Shown here: positions 48,858 through 61,400 of the stretch, in pieces
How the letters are laid out: each line of letters begins with the position of its first letter
Position numbering within the stretch: position 1 is the stretch's first letter
Assembly: GCA_040437565.1 (NCBI GenBank)
Contig: JBDOQK010000030.1
Coordinates: forward strand, 1 to 64,000
Origin: Albugo candida
Taxonomy: Eukaryota
DNA length: 64,000 bases
Direction of reading: 5' to 3'
The notes under the pieces: model-generated
Databases searched by the model: none
Told to the model about the DNA's origin: nothing
Seen by the model: the letters and a program-made list of their open reading frames with translations, nothing else
Made by a program: the position numbers and the translations under genes

Positions 48858-51800
48858 CAGTTTTCAATGGTATGATATAGCGATTGCTTCAACTTTTTTG
48901 ATTAGTATTATGATTTTGTATCTGCAATGACACGCCAAAGTCTGAGTGAATTGTATCAAGTCGCTCGGAAAATGAACAGCTTACATGGGAGGAATTGTCA
49001 GGTCTATATTTGTCTCGTGGACTCGGGGTGTATCAGGTACACATGATCAAGTATATTGGGAACTGTCTATCATAGCCTTTTTAGCTACTACGAAATGGGA
49101 GAGGGATTTCCCCATGCGAATTGGGTGAACCTTGATGGCCTTGCAATATCAGACATTTGATTCGTATTGTAACGATAAGGGATCTGAAGTTGAATAACTC
49201 AATTGTAAAATGAGCTGAGACCGGCGTAACAGTTGACATGTTACTTACTGACTCGTAGAGTAATGATAGTCGATGTCCAAGTCGAATTCAACAACTTTCC
49301 CGAGTCGATGTCGTAATCATAGCAACGTTAAATGAGTTGTGGAGCACAATCCAATGATGGTGGACATTGTACATTGTCCCATCCTTACATCATGCTCCAA
49401 GGTGTACGAAATCTGCAGATAGTGCTGAAATTATCAGAATCGACGACCTTGGATATCAAACAGCCGAAATGTTGAGTCCATAAAGACACAGCATGAAGTT
49501 CAAGCCGCTGATCAAGAGCCCTTAGCCTAGGTGACATATCTTCCGCTTTATTTTTCTCGACGACGCTATGACATTAATAAACAAAACCTATTGCCATTTC
49601 ACGTCTACCCGTTGAGGTTTACCAGCTGATCGAAAGAAATGAACAGGAATATCGCGACTTCTCTGCAGATGATCATCATTCGTGGTCTAAAGGTTTTTTG
49701 TATCTACTGAATCAGGAGAAGAGAGCACATTTTATGATAAATTATATTCAAGCAGGATGATCGGTGAAGTAAGGAAAACGAAGAGCTATTAGATCCTCAC
49801 GCATTTGTCCTCAATACATTAGACATGTTCAACATTAATCATCATAATCATGTCTATCGAAGATGTTCTAGAAACATATCATCAGCTGACAAGTTAAATT
49901 ATTTTTGCATCACAAATACAGATTTTTGAGAGGCTTATGGTTATATTAAGTCCAGCATAAGACGAGCAGCACGCATTTGTTGAAGCAGAAATTGGTATTG
50001 TATCAGGAGCACATCAAATTTTCTAAAGCAGTATGACTTTGCCATTTGGGGTCATACGGATGTATGATCCTCTCTCATCACGGTCCATCGACAATGTCCT
50101 TATGGTTGCTAGATTACCTTAGTCATTTCAAATCACTCATTTGAGCATGTGAATACAATCAGAACTAGAAGGAATCACCTCCGCAAAGTTTAAAATTTGC
50201 TGAGTACAATACGATCTCTCCCAACTGATAAAAGCGTCTGCTTGTCGTTCAAAATGTCAGGTTGAATTTTAGGTAAATTCCGCAAATTCGCATCTACGAT
50301 ACCTCACAGAAAGTACATACATTAAGGCTTCCTTTGACCCAGAAACACCATCCGAATTGGATTACACTATCCAGGAACTATGAATGGCGACAGACTTTGA
50401 GAATTAATCGTGTAGTTTGGTTCGTTCTTCATATGATAGGTCTATGATGCGATCGGATGCGTCTAGGTAGGCTATGCCATAATGAATATTGGGAGCACAC
50501 CTTTTCTACATACTACTGGAGTTTAGTCTACCTAGACGCATTCCTTTCAGAGTCTTGCATCGAGTTCAACATAAGGAGCAATAATTTGAAGGTTATCGCA
50601 AGCTTTCAAGCGTTCCAGATCCCGAAATCTCCCTCCCTTAGCATGGCCAAATTTATTGCTCTGGTGAATGCAGTTCTAGCAGTAGTAGTGGAAAAATCCA
50701 TCGGGATCCTCTATCATCACAGTACACAATAGATTTTCATACAGACTGGGCGTCCGTTCTGCGTGCCGACGTAAACGATTGGGATTTTTATCTGCTTCTG
50801 GGGAATGAACATCTATGCATGCCCAGACAGCCAAATATGGCAGAATTGCTATAATCTGTTTGGGTCTATTGAAAGAACTTATCAACCGTCATCGGATGCA
50901 ACAAGAATTTTAGCAAATCGTCCATCGAGACGCAACCGATCAAGTTCATCAGCTACAGCGCCCATATGATGTCGCCTTCTTGCGTTTCGGCACGACCCAA
51001 GGCCTAAAACCGCAGCTCCCTCGACGTCACGTGAACCCCTACAAGCTATATGACTAAATACAGAATTTCTTCCTCTTGGCCATTTGTTTCCCAGATAATT
51101 AGGTTATACTATTCTTCATACAGCTGCGCTGCAATTTCTGATCCCCATTTCTATCTCACGAGTCTCTTCATTCTTTGGTTACACAGAAGTGATTCAGACT
51201 AGAACAGGTGCAAACGACGGGAGCGTATTTCATCCATACTCACATGGATCATACGGTTTTTGACTGATGGCCAATAAGTTATGCGATTCCTTCATCGGCC
51301 TAGCAGCGACCATTTGAGAATGTAAATGCTTCAGAATTTTTCCGCGTGTAAACGCTCATATGCATTCAGATATCAAAAACACTGTGTGACATAATCTAAA
51401 TTTTGTCTAATGCTTTCAAAGCACTGAAAGTGTGTTGTCTGCTCTCCTTCGATGTCGAAATGCTCACTTGATTTCTTACTACACCAATATAACTGGCACA
51501 GAAGTTCAATGAAAGAATGTTTGCCAAATCACTGATCATCCCGTTTTTATAACTTCTAGCATGAGTGATATATTCATACCGCTCTTTCTTCTCTTCACTT
51601 GATTTGACTAGAATCAGTACTTTTGTAGTCCGCAAATGATGTACGAACATTTTTAGCACGCAGGGCATATTCTCTTATATGTCTTCTGCTTGTGATTATC
51701 TACCTTTGCACCTCCCTTCATTTACTTCAGTAGTGTCGGATGGTCGATTTTGTTATTAATAATCACGTCGTGTACTCCCTGTAGTCAATTTCGAGCCTAT

Positions 51801-53454
51801 AACAAGACAGTTTCCCCAAACAATATAAATTATCATTGACTTTCAACATATGTTATCGACCATAGTCTCTGTGCAGACAAGAAGGCCGGTTTATCTTGTT
51901 GAGCAATACCTGACACAAAATCTTTCCGATATCATATCATTGCTACTGGTTTACTTTACAGGGTGAATCGAAATGGTATGCGCTCAAATTTTCACTCGCG
52001 ATACCAAGATTTTAGAAGATAAAGAGGAAGTCAATGAATATATTGCAACCTGACGAGTTGCAGGCGCTTAGTACTACTTTTACACACATTTGAAAATATC
52101 TCCGGTTCGAGATCTCGTTGTATGCACATGATGCTCATCGACTTTGTTCATGTTAGCACAGCCTTCCCCTTTTGTTTATACCAGTCCATCTGTATTAATG
52201 CCCGTCGGATTATTTTTGTAACTTCCTTCAGTATTCCATAGAAAGATATATTAGTGGGTGATGCACATACTATGCCAGTCTGCACAAAATTCCTTTCATG
52301 CTGCACTTTTGGTATATTCTCTCTTCAAATCCTCGAGAACGTTCTTATATGTATAGACGGACATTGAAAATCAGTGCCACACACAGAAGTAATATGCATA
52401 TTCTTTCCGGAGAAGACAACTCGTAATCCGTCACAATATAAGTGGTAATAAACCAATCTTCTTGAACGCATTGAATATGCTTCACCACCCAAATGTACCT
52501 TGACTGTGTATCTTCAACATAAAGAAGTATCAGAGGGTGATAGATAAATGGGATGATATTACTCACATCGCATATAATCATTTCGATTCTATATTTGTTT
52601 TGTGTGTGGATTTAATGAAAATATTTTTGACAAACGTTATCCCAAATACATATTTAGGGAGGTAATGTTTGGTCTGTAAGGTTCATGTTTATCTTACTGA
52701 CTTGCACTGAAATGCATGTCAATCCTCATCTTTTCTAAGGGTGTCAAGAAGAGCTATTAGTAATTCGAATCCAAACAAAACATGTGTCCATCCGTTTATC
52801 AAATTTTATAAATATCTTGTTCGGGTCTGTTCAGATCCTCCCACCTTTTACAATGATGAAAAGCTTGGCTCGCTTAGGTTTCTGAATTATTCTGCTTGCT
52901 GGTATGATTTTTCAAGTGTTGAGCCTTAGGGTAAGCTACTATTTGCTCAAATGCAGTCTGATGTGCGCACCGTTGGCGGCATTGACGCTCCATTCATCAT
53001 CAATTTTTCTTTTTGAAATTGTTAAGCAGGGAAAGGAACTCGTTTGCTGGTTTTATGTAATCGCTGGGGAGGTATATTCCTCCATGTACAGTACACAATC
53101 AAAGCCAACTTTCCTCACATTATCGTGACTATATCTTTCTCTTTAGTCCATCAAGTTCGCAAGGGGAGTTTCAGCTGCGTCCTCCTCGAGCTCAATAGAA
53201 ACAAAACTGAAGTTTGATGAGGTAATTTGAGGCTTAGAGAGAACGGCACTTGGATGTATGTATTGTTGTTATTATGCTAGTACACAGCAATAATAAGACT
53301 TTCGTCAGTGGGGTCAATATTATCAGAAAATAGATCTGAGCTAAGACCTCGACTTTGTACCGTAGAGTAGTAATCTCTTTCTGAAACATATTTCAACTCA
53401 GCGAAACTCCACTACAATTTGACTCTAGCAGGAAGATGATGTCAATGCTTAGTC

Positions 53455-54553
53455 AGTGACAGGTAGGACGTGACAGTACGTTCTGACGGCTTTCTTAGAG
53501 ACAGCCACAAACTTCCTAGATAAATTCTGTCTCACCTCAGCGCCACAGACCACTATAATGCGACTCCTATACTTCAAGATGGACGCCAACATCAGTTGCC
53601 GCACTCAACTTTGTATGGAAGCGTTACTGCTGTGGGTGGTAAGATTCTGAGCTTGAGAAATGTAGCATAATGAGCACTCGTCTACAGCCAGACCAATTCC
53701 GTTAAAACTAGTAGCAGTCCAGGTTTTTCAATCTGGTTTCCGAGTTTGAAGCCAGACTTGAGTGATATTCACACGCTCAGGGGCTTATGATTGGATAAGG
53801 AAGGTAGTTGAGAACCAGATAAGAAGTGTTATGGTTTCCTTGACAATCTAAGCTGGTTTCCGAGCCCGTGTCAGGTGACCAATTCTTGTCATGGTCGGAG
53901 TTTTGATACAGGCTAGGAAGCTCTCCCAAGAAGTTTTTTTTTGCAGAGTGAGTATATTACCAATATTACAGTTGTACTTACGAGCAACCTGGTTTTTATC
54001 CACTCATTCTCCCATACAATTGGCACCTGTATCGTTTCACACCGTACTGCCTCTTCTGTCGCCTGCTGAACTTGAATCATTAAATCCTGTCGGAAGTGGT
54101 ACCGAGGCAGCCAGAGACCTGGCAACATCCTGCTCGATCAAATACCATCTTCCAACACGGAGCTACTATAGCTCTTTGCCAGAGGAATGCCATTTACTTG
54201 ACAAGCAATTTCGTTCTTTAAAAGAACTCGACTCAGCGAGTCAACAAGCTTAAGGGCTTAAGGTCCTTGTTAAAGGGACCTAACGATTCAGGTAATCGAC
54301 AACACAAAGTGTTCAAAAGTCTACACCTTCACAAGGCTTGACTGACTGACTCTTTCAAGATCTGGGACGCCTCAACAAGGCACGTGTCTCTGACAGATCA
54401 AAAGGGGGACTGACTTTATTTACTTTTGTTTAAGAATACCTAACTCTATACGTACCTAATCTAGACACTAATGTCCCAAATTAGTACCTTCAAGGTATTC
54501 CGATATCTGTATCAATGGGAAAGCGTCCCAAATGTGTACCGCACTGTCATAAC
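53455..54553. mobile_element. Probable ~1.1-kb solo LTR (Gypsy-type)
   Basis: Near-inverted termini gtgacaggtaggacgtgacagtacg ... gtaccgcactgtcata, an internal short repeat ctggtttccgag (x2) and no coding signature. TG/CA ends are degraded and no TSD was found. Confidence 0.35.
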
Positions 54554-56289
54554 GGTTACCAACCGACGTGAAATCCCATTACAGAGCCCATATTTTGAGA
54601 AAACATGTATGAGCAATCTTCCGCTCACGGTATCATAACTCAGATAGGATCCGAAATTCCGTATCTTAGTAAAGCTGTATTAATATTTGTGCTTGTAAGG
54701 AGCTTCTTAGTAAGGATAGGATAGGGTGGGTGGGTAGTCGTAATCATTTTACATCGTATTTTTGATTATTAGCAGGCAATTATACGCTCTTCGAAGATAG
54801 TTTTGATGAAAGACAGAGCTATTTGCATCATGGGAGACGATCGTCACCACTTTTTAAGTAGTGTCGCTTATTAGCTTCTAATCGTGGAGATGCGCTGTGC
54901 GTTACTCATAAATAAGCATCTTCGCTATTTCTAATTCGACTACCCGTTCAAACTCTCTCTTCGTTCATCAACCGATAAACCAAGTCAACTCAACTCAAAA
55001 ATGGCTACATCTACCACAAAAATATTTCCTCAAGTACTAAGCAAAAAGCTATTAGTTCGTTTGGGGTCGACTGACTAAAGTAATTCCTTAGCTACTCCCT
55101 GCAACAGTATAATTCTAAGGTGAGACTAAAACTCAGCTCTCCATGATTTTGGCATGAGATGTACGTACAACAAAAACTTGAACCTGATTTAGAATGATGA
55201 AGCTAGCGTTGATCCTATAAAGCAGAGAAGTCGTCGATCGAAATTTCGGGATCCCTCAATCGAGAAAGAGTCAAGGCTTATTTGGATGGCTCGTATCAAC
55301 GCATTCAATGTGTTATTGTGACCAGTGTCGATATTGGAGAGTAGAGNNNNNNNNNNNNNNNNNNNNNNNNNNNNNNNNNNNNNNNNNNNNNNNNNNNNNN
55401 NNNNNNNNNNNNNNNNNNNNNNNNNNNNNNNNNNNNNNNNNNNNNNCGCTTATTAGCTTCTAATCGTGGAGATGCGCTGTGCGTTACTCATAAATAAGCA
55501 TCTTCGCTATTTCTAATTCGACTACCCGTTCAAACTCTCTCTTCGTTCATCAACCGATAAACCAAGTCAACTCAACTCAAAAATGGCTACATCTACCACA
55601 AAAATATTTCCTCAAGTACTAAGCAAAAAGCTATTAGTTCGTTTGGGGTCGACTGACTAAAGTAATTCCTTAGCTACTCCCTGCAACAGTATAATTCTAA
55701 GGTGAGACTAAAACTCAGCTCTCCATGATTTTGGCATGAGATGTACGTACAACAAAAACTTGAACCTGATTTAGAATGATGAAGCTAGCGTTGATCCTAT
55801 AAAGCAGAGAAGTCGTCGATCGAAATTTCGGGATCCCTCAATCGAGAAAGAGTCAAGGCTTATTTGGATGGCTCGTATCAACGCATTCAATGTGTTATTG
55901 TGACCAGTGTCGATATTGGAGAGTAGAGACACTCTAGAAGCGATCGGTCTTCAAAACGTTTGAGAAAGGGTGAAGCACCAAATAATCCCTCCTATAATTT
56001 GAAGACGTAGAGTGGCCAGTGGGGTACTACAATCTAGAATCTCCAAAGAATTTGACATATTTGGAAGCATGAACATGTGCGGAAAAATGTTCAATCAAAG
56101 TTTACAAATTTTCAAACGCCCCGCACGTGTCTTCAAAATGCTGAAGATAACTTACTCCAAGACTTGTTACTATAAAGCCAGTAGTAAACGATTTTTCTGC
56201 GTTAGACTGACAGAAGGGAAGTCAATAAGCTGAAGATTTAAAAAGTGAGAAAAAAGTTCGTTTCTGACTGGTTGTTGATCTCGACACCA

Positions 56290-57286
56290 CTTGGTAGGTG
56301 AATTAGTTGCGTCCACCACACATCCAACTGCTTGTTGTAATAGCTTTTGCGGTGCCACTCAAATAGTGTCCAAGGACGTCAGCTTTGCCTTCTTCGGACC
56401 AGGCGAAACCGCACGCGTGCTATGCCATTGTGACCTGTCTCAGGAACGTTCGCTACCAGTCAAGGAATCTGGAGTCGAGGCCATGGTAGAGCTAACTCCC
56501 GTCAAACCTCCTGATTGTCTGGTTCCGCTAACCTGATTTTTTTATTTTTTTTTAAATTATTTTTTTTGCAGCTTCGATTTGAAAATTATTTAAACGTGTT
56601 TGCACAGGTCCCGCTTCCTGGGGCTCATGCTGATGCCTCTTCTGCGCGAGCCAGCGATGTCGTGGCTCCGTTGCCACGTACTGCGGTCCGAGTGGCTGAA
56701 CGTGCATTTCTTGTCGCCTCGGCGGCGAGTTCCCAGGCGCGTCTAGGTGGATTGAGCCCGCGTTTCCCATGTTGCGCCCGATTAAATAGCTAAAAAGATA
56801 GCTCTCGATCGCGCCTCGCAGTCGCCCCGTTCTCGTCGACCTGCTTCTGTGACGCTTCCATGTGCTCCATGAGACCTTTAAGCCCCATGGGCATCTTGAG
56901 GACCCTTTCGTTTACGTCCGCGCCCCTTTCCTGGTCTGGCGGGTCGACGACAATGTCAGGCGCCGACATGGCCTTTTCTTGGCCGGTAGTTGGCGGCGCT
57001 TGTGCTGCGTTGCTGGTGTCGTCGTGGTTTGTACTTGGGCTCATAACCTGCTCGATATAGACTTGCACTGTGATAAAAGGATGCTATATTTAGGTTCTTC
57101 CTGCCTACAGCCCACACACTTTCGTTCTTTTAAGTGTTTTCTCCCCGTGATTTTCTCACCAATCAATCGTTCAGGATGTAGCCCTAACGCCTTGTCTATA
57201 CTCTGCAGATACCAAAAACAAAAAAGGTTGTGTCGTCAGTCGCATCCCCAACCGTTTCATGTGCAGGTACTCATTCCCTTTCAGCA
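56290..57286 (-). mobile_element. 5' part of a Ty1/Copia element: LTR (57049-57286), PBS and truncated gag
   Basis: Minus-strand LTR TGCTGA...GAGCA directly followed by GGTTATGAGCCC (57037-57048), the copia half-tRNA-Met PBS. Gag remnant IRRFDGS*LYHGLDSRFLDW..ACGFAWSEEGKADVLGHYLSGTA..YYNKQLDVWW resembles oomycete Copia gag. Confidence 0.8.
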
Positions 57287-57468
57287 TACTTTGCACCAAC
57301 ATTTCTTCTAAAAGGAAGATACAGGAAGCAGAGCTGCGTCAGTGATACGACGACTTCGGGCAGTTAGGATTGTCATACATGGCATTTGACTTGTATCTAT
57401 TCTTATTTGTCATTGGTTTCATGTAAGAAGAAATATTATGATCGATTTTGGGCTAAGCTTTCAGCTTA

Positions 57469-58462
57469 GGGTATTGATATCCCGACAGCTTTTTTTAAAT
57501 TATAACATGTCTAGTTGAATTATTAATCTCATAACTTTTTCTTTTTTGCAAAACACATACATGATTTTACATCTCTAACTAAATACATCCATACACACCC
57601 TAAATTGTTGCTCCAATCGAGAATATTTTTTGATTGGCTAATACACAGAACGTTTCATCTGTGATAGGCTATTACTTCTGACAATTTCCATCTGACACAT
57701 AGCATTTGAGCATCGGACACAGGAAAATGCAGGTGCAGCAATTGCGGAAAATTGGCCATAACAAGCGGTCTTGCGGAAGTCCGGGTACAAGGTTAGATTC
57801 AGAACAAGCTTTGGTAAAAAAATCGATTTTTTTGTTCACAGAATTATTTCTTAACACATTTTACTTTCGGCCGTTAGTGTATAATAACTTTTGCATCTTT
57901 ACGACGCATTATACCTTAACAGACTGGCAATGAATCGTCTACTAGTGATAAGTCTTTAGCTCAGTTAAAGGTATCTTTCTCTACTAGATTTAGCGTTAGA
58001 CGTAAATGACTTCAGTTAGTTAAAAATGTAAACATTTATTTTTTTAAAAAGTTGTGGGAGTAATAATCTAAGTAGGCATGATGTAATTTAAAATGAGAAA
58101 TAAGGGAACCTATGGATTTTATACCACTTTTGTCAAAAAATATGGTTTATGTACCAAAAGTTAAAAAAATATGATTTATATACCAAAATATGGCAAATTA
58201 TGGTTTTTATACCAAACGTTAAAACAATNNNNNNNNNNNNNNNNNNNNNNNNNNNNNNNNNNNNNNNNNNNNNNNNNNNNNNNNNNNNNNNNNNNNNNNN
58301 NNNNNNNNNNNNNNNNNNNNNNNNNNNNATTTTTTTTACTTTTGGTATAAATACCATATTTTCAATTTTTTGTATATAAACCATATTTTTTGAAACAAGT
58401 GGTACATATTCTCGAAAAATAAAAATGGAATTTAAAAAAAAGTTGTCGGGATATCAATACCC
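57469..58462. mobile_element. Non-autonomous TIR element with GGG..CCC ends and TTA TSD (PIF/Harbinger-like; pogo-type not excluded)
   Basis: TIR gggtattgatatcccgaca(g/a)ctttttt at both ends, TTA at 57466-57468 and 58463-58465. The element is absent from the paralogous site near 13250. Confidence 0.8.
58104..58413. mobile_element. Nested foldback/Mutator-like element with subterminal ~29-bp repeats and a 9-bp TSD; centre lost in an N-gap
   Basis: The arms are inverted arrays of aaatatggtttatatacca-like units. Flanks are gagaaataa (58095-58103) and gaaaaataa (58414-58422). Confidence 0.65.
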
Positions 58463-61400
58463 TTAAATTATTATAAAATCGTATGTAGGGGTTGAAAATA
58501 TACATCAGTCTTGATTTCATCATGCTAAAAAAATTCTGACATCTATTTAAGAGCTATCGAATACGCCTTGCGCCTCAACTGATCATGGATAAAAATTGTG
58601 CGACGATTGCATGCGTCTTTTTGGAGAATATATCGATCGAACTGGCTATTATCTTTATCAACAAAATGGAAAGATAGCCAGCCTGAGCACAAGTGTACTC
58701 GTATCAGAGGGACTGGTGAGGTATCCTTGAGCTTAAAAAGTACGCTGGCCTTTATGCGTTTACTTGCACTCTATACATTACTATTGTCGATATCTTTGAG
58801 AAGAAGAACTAGCTTGCTCTATAAAATCAAACGCACGTCCATTCCATCTACAGGCTGTCACATTTCAAATGAAATGGCTAAAAGGTTTCGGTAGGGACTT
58901 CCGGAGGTCTCTACGTTGTCCGCGTAAAGTCTTCATAAAAATTGGATGGCAAAATAACCGCTCTTATTAGGTACATTATCCGTTCACCTAATTACGTAGC
59001 TGGTAGTCCAGCTGGAATGAGCTTCAGCTTAAGCAAATGCAGCAACAGCTACAGCTCTCTTCGCAAAGGTTATTTCCAGTCTTTTGATATCACTTTTATG
59101 AGTGGATATTTAGCCTTGGACTTGCTCCAATCAATCACAAGCTCAGGTACATCTTCATAACTTCCCCACAATCTCCAATGTTGCTTTTATATTCGAAAGC
59201 CCGTTCCATTTCAACAGCACTTCGTATTGCTATGACGGCTCGTAAAACTGGTGAGTTCGTATTCGCGCAATTACATACCCTCCCTTTTACGAGCAATAGT
59301 CTCTAGATATTTGCCAACGTTATTTAAATAGTTTTTCTAGCACAAAAGTGCAAACAGGACAAGTATACCCATGTGTAACTCAAGTGAGCAGATCTCATCT
59401 CCTGAAAATTTGCTCGGATTACTTTGGCCAGTACTCACTTCTACCGCATCCTAATGATACGGCGTTTTCTGTACTTTATATGTATTCATACGCCTATCTC
59501 CCGGAGAGTTGCTCATGTTTCCGGAGTGTACCATTCACAAGGTGTTTAATTCAAGGGTAGAAGCGGTGGCACTAGCGTCATAGGTTGAAACCTTTAATTT
59601 ATGTGTAATGGGATTATTTCAAATAATATGATCCCAATCATCTTGTTGCATGCTTTATACGCTCAGGTAATCCCTTAGGATTGACGTAGTAGCTCTTTTG
59701 TTAATATCTCTTTGGGATGACGGGGAGGTAATAAAGCAGAATTGAATAATGAGTTATGCATTCCGTTCGCCATGATCAAAATCGTGACATTGTGGTCAAT
59801 GGTTTTGGAGATGCTCTATCGGTGCTTGAATTTATTTGTTGAGTCAAAGTTCCTAATTATCAGCTCTGTTACAGCTGGAATTTTTCAAACAAGCATAGGA
59901 AAAGAATGAAAGCGTCGCTAAGTTCGTTGTGAGCGATTTCGTCGACTTATTGGCGCTTTATTCAGCAACGAGACTGGCAAACGCGCAGAAGTAATTGAAC
60001 TTACAATGGCACGTGCAATGACCCTGGTGAACCAGCATTATAGCCGACACCATGTATTTACTATCCGACCTTTGCAGTGTCCATAATCCTGCGTATCTCT
60101 TGACTTCATTCCCATGATTATAGCTGCCTGCCGGATCAATGGGTCGGTATTTTTGCTTTTAGGGGAAACTAGGATCGTCTCATTGAGCTGTGTGACAGTT
60201 TGGCTACAGTTATTGTATATCCCTTTGATTATCCACTTCAGTCGATACCAATCAAATAACTCTGAGTCTCTTGTTATACTCAAAGCCATCATTGAATACT
60301 GTGAAGGATTTATCTAAAACCAGCTAATGATCCCAGCTCCTGTGATTTAGAGACCAATAATCACTCATCCTGTATCATATCTCTCGCTATTGATTCGATT
60401 CGACGTTATACAAGATCGTCGTTCTGGTTCCATTCAGGACGCATTCGTTTAGTCATCTATTGTTTCCACATCATCCCATTTATTGAGATGTATTCTTTTC
60501 TATGACCATTGTAGCATCTTCATGCTTCAGCGCTTATTTATGATATCGTACCATTCAACAGCATTGCACTGCCATGGGCAAAATCTGACGTGCGAGAGCT
60601 AATCAAATTATTTGTATTGCATTGAAGACATCGTTGTTTCGGTAACTATTAGTCTCAAAACTGCTATGCTTATACTGATCTCTCGATTTAATCAAACTCA
60701 CTGTTTCTTGATATACATACGCTAAAAGTTCGAAGCACTCTGATGCCAAGCTCAAGGTAGAAGAATTTATTATCTCAAAGCACCGACAANNNNNNNNNNN
60801 NNNNNNNNNNNNNNNNNNNNNNNNNNNNNNNNNNNNNNNNNNNNNNNNNNNNNNNNNNNNNNNNNNNNNNNNNNNNNNNNNNNNNNNNNCTCCCACACAA
60901 ATCTGGTCAAGGTATGACAATATCGCGTTTGTCCAGTATGAATGCGAAAAGGCAAAACAATCTGATTGTGTTAACTGTCTACTTCAACACACAGAAGTAT
61001 TTTTCGCGTACAATGACGAATCAACTACAGAAGGTTATGTTTGGATGCGTCAGACATCATCACTCATTCTAAAATCTTGCGTTGGAAAGGATTGTTTGCG
61101 TCTGAAATATGACACGCGTCGAACTCAACTTGAGCGTCCCGTCGGACTTCGGCAACTGACAGGAGACGATATCTCTTCCACAAAAGCGCAGTTCCAGAAA
61201 TAATCGTGTAGATCAAGGAATACATCAAAGCATTGTATGTCGCAGAGCTGCATTACTCAAACTGAAGCAAAGAAAGGTTTTTCAAGTAATTCTTTTTTGC
61301 AGCAATTGCGTTTGTGGTGTGAATACGATAGAATATCCCTGGTATTAAAACCATAGCATGATGTCTCGTAGCGGATGGTTCCTCATGCTGACGTACGAGA

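Larger units (their letters stand above)
57287..59680 (-). repeat. Dispersed repeat copy B (inverted relative to 12128-13430), interrupted by a TIR element
   Basis: 57287-57465 and 58466-59680 are colinear with the reverse complement of 12128-13430. Confidence 0.85.

Noticed and set aside
49168-49231. 64-bp TGTAAC..GTAACA segment resembling a mini solo LTR
   Set aside because: Too short, with no matching TSD or second copy in the window.
54850-56230. Possible pogo/Tigger CENP-B HTH remnant (RRSKFRDPSIEKE..IW)
   Set aside because: The similarity is too weak by eye, and no catalytic motifs or TIR pair were found.
57950-57975. tRNA A-box-like gtctttagctcagtt
   Set aside because: No cloverleaf or B-box follows.
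58104-58413. CRISPR-like regularly spaced repeats
   Set aside because: No unique spacers, inverted arms with a TSD, eukaryotic context and no cas genes; these are transposon subterminal repeats.
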